Positions 59,737-64,000 of a stretch of 64,000 nt of DNA are shown in pieces. The stretch is from Candidatus Poribacteria bacterium. GTDB taxonomy: Bacteria > Poribacteria > WGA-4E > WGA-3G. The stretch spans positions 1,760,001 to 1,824,000 of the forward strand of contig OZ243938.1 in assembly GCA_965214095.1 (NCBI GenBank), in the 5' to 3' direction. The position numbers and the translations under genes were made by a program. Under the pieces are notes generated by a model. That model was not told where the DNA came from, did no database searches, and saw only the letters and a program-made list of their open reading frames with translations. Every line of letters starts with the position of its first letter. The first letter of the stretch is position 1.

Positions 59737-59765
59737 TTGACAAGCACCGCTTTTTATAGTATAAT
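59737..59765 (+). promoter_or_regulatory. consensus sigma70 promoter of rplM-rpsI
   Basis: TTGACA-17 bp-TATAAT. Confidence 0.85.
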
Positions 59766-59827
59766 ACAATAGGTATGTGAATTTACGTTAATGAAATATA
59801 AAGATTTTACCGAAAAGGTCAAGTATC

Positions 59828-60265
59828 ATGGTATTGAAAACGAAAACATTTTTTCCTAAATCCGACAAAGATATAAAGTGGTATGTCGTGGATGCAGAAG
59901 GACAGGTGCTTGGACGATTAGCGTCACGCATTGCCCAAGTGCTGCGCGGGAAACATGATCCCAGTTTTACACCACATGCAGATTTAGGTTATCGTGTTGC
60001 AGTGATAAACGCTGAAAAGGTCGTTGTCACTGGCGACAAAGCAGAACAAAAAACTTACTTCCGATACAGCGGTTATCCTGGTGGCGATAGATATAGAACT
60101 TTTAAGGAACAGATGGAACGCAACCCGGAGTTTATCATTACATCCGCTGTCAAAGGGATGGTCCCGAAAAATAAACTCGGTGCAAAACTGATGACGGGAT
60201 TAAAGGTCTACAAAGGATCTAATCATCCGCACCAAGCACAAGAACCGGAAGTCCTAACATTTTAA
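59828..60265 (+). CDS. rplM: 50S ribosomal protein L13
   Basis: WYVVDA..LGRLAS, RGKH.P.FTPH.D, SGYPGG, HPHQAQ. Confidence 0.97.
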   Translation: MVLKTKTFFPKSDKDIKWYVVDAEGQVLGRLASRIAQVLRGKHDPSFTPHADLGYRVAVINAEKVVVTGDKAEQKTYFRYSGYPGGDRYRTFKEQMERNPEFIITSAVKGMVPKNKLGAKLMTGLKVYKGSNHPHQAQEPEVLTF

Positions 60266-60280
60266 CAGTTGAGGAATTAT

Positions 60281-60676
60281 ATGGCAATTGAACAATTTTG
60301 GGGAACAGGAAGACGTAAGACCTCTGTTGCACGTGTCAGAATCATTCCAGGTGGTGAAGGTGGTATTGTCGTCAATAAAAAACCTATTGAGGACTATTTT
60401 GACCGCTCCGACCACATACAGGTAGCACGTAGACCCATTGAGCACGTTGAAAAAGCAGGAGAGTTCGCAGTACATGTCAATGTCCGTGGAGGCGGGAATA
60501 CTGGACAAGCAGGTGCTATTTCTCACGGTTTGGCTCGCGCACTCGTTAAAGCAGACGAATCATTGAAACCTTCTTTGAAAAAAGGTGGATTCCTAACACG
60601 TGACCCACGAATGGTGGAACGTAAGAAGTATGGACAGAAGGGTGCACGGGCACGTTTCCAATTCTCAAAACGTTAA
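60281..60676 (+). CDS. rpsI: 30S ribosomal protein S9
   Basis: [39 protein letters not shown]. Confidence 0.97.
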   Translation: MAIEQFWGTGRRKTSVARVRIIPGGEGGIVVNKKPIEDYFDRSDHIQVARRPIEHVEKAGEFAVHVNVRGGGNTGQAGAISHGLARALVKADESLKPSLKKGGFLTRDPRMVERKKYGQKGARARFQFSKR

Positions 60677-60702
60677 TCGTGGGATATGTCCAGTGGAATT
60701 GA

Positions 60703-62016
<1,314 letters not shown>

Positions 62017-62065
62017 TTCCCATACCATTTTCTCCCTTCAAGTTCCGCAGTTTTTGCACTTTAAC

Positions 62066-62094
62066 TTGACATTTACAGAAAATGGTTGTATCAT
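62066..62094 (+). promoter_or_regulatory. sigma70 promoter of the tRNA pair
   Basis: TTGACA-17 bp-TATCAT. Confidence 0.75.
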
Positions 62095-62110
62095 TTAATA
62101 TTGTGATTTT

Positions 62111-62183
62111 GAGCCGTTAGCTCAGCAGGTAGAGCATCTGACTTTTAATCAGGTGGTCACAGGTTCGATTCCTGTACGGCTCA
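62111..62183 (+). tRNA. tRNA-Lys(TTT)
   Basis: Acceptor GAGCCGT/ACGGCTC, anticodon loop CTTTTAA, T-arm GTTCGATT; CCA not encoded. Confidence 0.95.
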
Positions 62184-62195
62184 CTTTAATATTGC

Positions 62196-62270
62196 GCCCC
62201 CGTCGTCTAGCCTGGCCAAGGACACCGCCCTTTCACGGCGGCGACACGAGTTCAAATCTCGTCGGGGGTA
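62196..62270 (+). tRNA. tRNA-Glu(TTC)
   Basis: Acceptor GCCCCCG/CGGGGGT, anticodon loop CTTTCAC, T-arm GTTCAAAT; CCA not encoded. Confidence 0.95.
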
Positions 62271-62280
62271 TTTTAAATTA

Positions 62281-62320
62281 AGAAACCCAACCTATGGATA
62301 ATAGGTTGGGTTTCTATTTT
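62281..62320. terminator. intrinsic terminator between convergent units
   Basis: AGAAACCCAACCTAT-ggata-ATAGGTTGGGTTTCT followed by a T-rich run. Confidence 0.8.
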
Positions 62321-62356
62321 ATGACTATTTCTATCTTTTGTAGGTCTAGATAAATA

Positions 62357-62815
62357 TCAGTCTGCAGCTTCAGCGAGTTCCAACAATATAGGCGATTCAA
62401 CTCGTATAGCATCTTTGATACAAACTTCTTCACATAGCAAACATCCAACACAATCCCTCGGTTTCACAAGTTCACAGATACCAAAGAAACTATCAGCATG
62501 TTCATTTGACACAGGGTCAATGATTTCAAGGCATTCCCATGGACAGATTTGTACACAGAAATCACAACCAGAGCAGAGCTCTTCATAGATTACTGCAATG
62601 GGACGATGCGTGCGAACAGGAATAAACTTGCACACCTTGCCAAACTGGTCCCGTATTGCTTCCACAGGACACACCATGCCACATGCACTGCAATCAATGC
62701 ACACATCTGGGTCAATGATGTGTAATTTATTTCGATCACCAGTAATCGCATTAACCGGACATTTGTCTAAACACTGCACACACCCAATGCATTCGTCAGT
62801 GATGTAATATGACAT
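62357..62815 (-). CDS. 4Fe-4S polyferredoxin (four CxxCxxCxxxC motifs)
   Basis: CIGCVQC..CP, CIDCSAC..CP, CSGCDFC..CP, CVGCLLC...C; RBS GGAGG. Confidence 0.92.
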   Translation of the reverse strand: MSYYITDECIGCVQCLDKCPVNAITGDRNKLHIIDPDVCIDCSACGMVCPVEAIRDQFGKVCKFIPVRTHRPIAVIYEELCSGCDFCVQICPWECLEIIDPVSNEHADSFFGICELVKPRDCVGCLLCEEVCIKDAIRVESPILLELAEAAD

Positions 62816-62839
62816 AATAGTTACCTCCACTTGGTTTAT

Positions 62840-64000
62840 TTAGGATAGTCCAAGATGTGTTGCGACATATTCGTCCAGCTTCGCAACCCATTCTTCAGGT
62901 GAACACACTTCTCTATTACGTACCATAATAACCTTTCCTTCTTTATCAATCAACACAATTGCTGGATATGTTCGTCCTGCACCAACACCAAATTGCTTTG
63001 CTAACGGACCATTCCAGTGACCACCATCATAAATGTGTCGTCCAATGACTTTATCCTCACGGACATAGTCCCGCAATTGATCTTCGTCTCGATACCCCAT
63101 AACACTGACACCAATTACTTCAAAACCCTTTTGATGATATTTTCGGTATATTACTTCCAGATCCTTCAGCATTTGATTCGGAAATCCCAAATAGAGCAAG
63201 GTAACTTTTCCTTGGAATGTTTCAGAGGATACAGGATTCCCATCTATATCGATTGCAGAGAAGCCTGTTACTATATCACCAATTCGCGTTGCTTCTGTCC
63301 TATTCACGTTTTGTCCAAGTAGAAACTGCCTATTCATAACAGAAATAATTGTACCATCTCGATCAATGAGCCACTGAGATGGAATCCTTTTGATACCGAA
63401 AAACCGCGCAATTTCACTATGCCACCCCTTACTATCAAAGATCTGTACCCACGGAATTTCATGTTCCTCAATATATTTCCGTAATTCGTCTTCACTGTCA
63501 TCTAAACTTATACCTATGACTTCAAATCCGTTCTTGTGATGTTCTTCATAAACTTCTTTAATATAAGGTATTTCAGGTTTACAAGGACCACACCACCATG
63601 CACAAAAATTGAGCAGGACTAAATTGCCACGGTAATCAGAGAATGAAATGGGTGTTCCATCAAGAGTAGTTGCAGAGAAATCGGGAAGTTGCAATCCTTC
63701 CCAAGCGGATTGTTCCCATCGGTATTCTGAATGTGGTTCCCACGGATATTTACTTGCCAATTCAATTTCACCTAATGTTTGGTAAATATCACCAAGTCCG
63801 CGCAAAGAATACCAGTCGTCAGGTTCTTCCTCAAGCTGTTGCTGAAAGGTGTTTTCTGCTTGATCAATTAGGGATCTGCTTCTTGCAATTAGTTCAGTGT
63901 TTCCTTCGGGATTTCTCCTCAGTTTGCGATAGATATGGCAAGCCGTCTTACCGCTCTTGTTGTAAAGTTCTGTAAGCCAATAATATAATCCGTTTCCATC
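62840..64000 (-). CDS. 5'-partial protein: helical/TPR-like region + two TlpA/redoxin domains
   Basis: Frame stays open to the window end; first domain WCGPC, second lacks CxxC. Confidence 0.82.
   Translation of the reverse strand, partial: DGNGLYYWLTELYNKSGKTACHIYRKLRRNPEGNTELIARSRSLIDQAENTFQQQLEEEPDDWYSLRGLGDIYQTLGEIELASKYPWEPHSEYRWEQSAWEGLQLPDFSATTLDGTPISFSDYRGNLVLLNFCAWWCGPCKPEIPYIKEVYEEHHKNGFEVIGISLDDSEDELRKYIEEHEIPWVQIFDSKGWHSEIARFFGIKRIPSQWLIDRDGTIISVMNRQFLLGQNVNRTEATRIGDIVTGFSAIDIDGNPVSSETFQGKVTLLYLGFPNQMLKDLEVIYRKYHQKGFEVIGVSVMGYRDEDQLRDYVREDKVIGRHIYDGGHWNGPLAKQFGVGAGRTYPAIVLIDKEGKVIMVRNREVCSPEEWVAKLDEYVATHLGLS

Noticed and set aside
62111-62356. tRNA-anchored genomic island
   Set aside because: No integrase and no duplicated tRNA 3' end seen in the window.

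Overview
Bacterial DNA. The mix of NYPNPFNPETWIPY-type C-terminal domains, KLTxxWxxxK tails, LamG/LRR/WD40/cadherin exported proteins, PhyH and GH88 suggests Candidatus Poribacteria (inference, no search run). 1-15.9 kb is a tandem array of five large secreted modular proteins. Four carry an unnamed ~105-aa repeat with two hypervariable aromatic/charged loops, and three carry cohesin plus dockerin in one chain. 16-25 kb is an accessory zone of lipoproteins (pseudo-transglutaminase, SodC, duplicated pair, LRR) and many gene relics. 25-64 kb holds metabolic and housekeeping genes (UxaA-like, ECF sigma/anti-sigma/HtrA, PLD, PhyH, GH88, rfaE2, hisA, sugar ABC, CDF, Rpn, coaE, modABC, queE, rplM-rpsI-purA, tRNA-Lys, tRNA-Glu, ferredoxin) and one IS5-family element. 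Best leads: (1) a combinatorial family of ~100-240 bp intergenic elements with GTAG-REP hairpin cores inside inverted-repeat shells, same-family copies of which bracket accessory genes like cassettes, one splitting modABC; (2) the antibody-like variable-loop repeat array; (3) an intact EF-Tu paralogue with degenerate GTPase and aa-tRNA motifs; (4) an IS-disrupted ECF sigma fused to tandem beta/gamma-crystallin domains; (5) a second candidate C-terminal sorting motif with a fossil tail swap.
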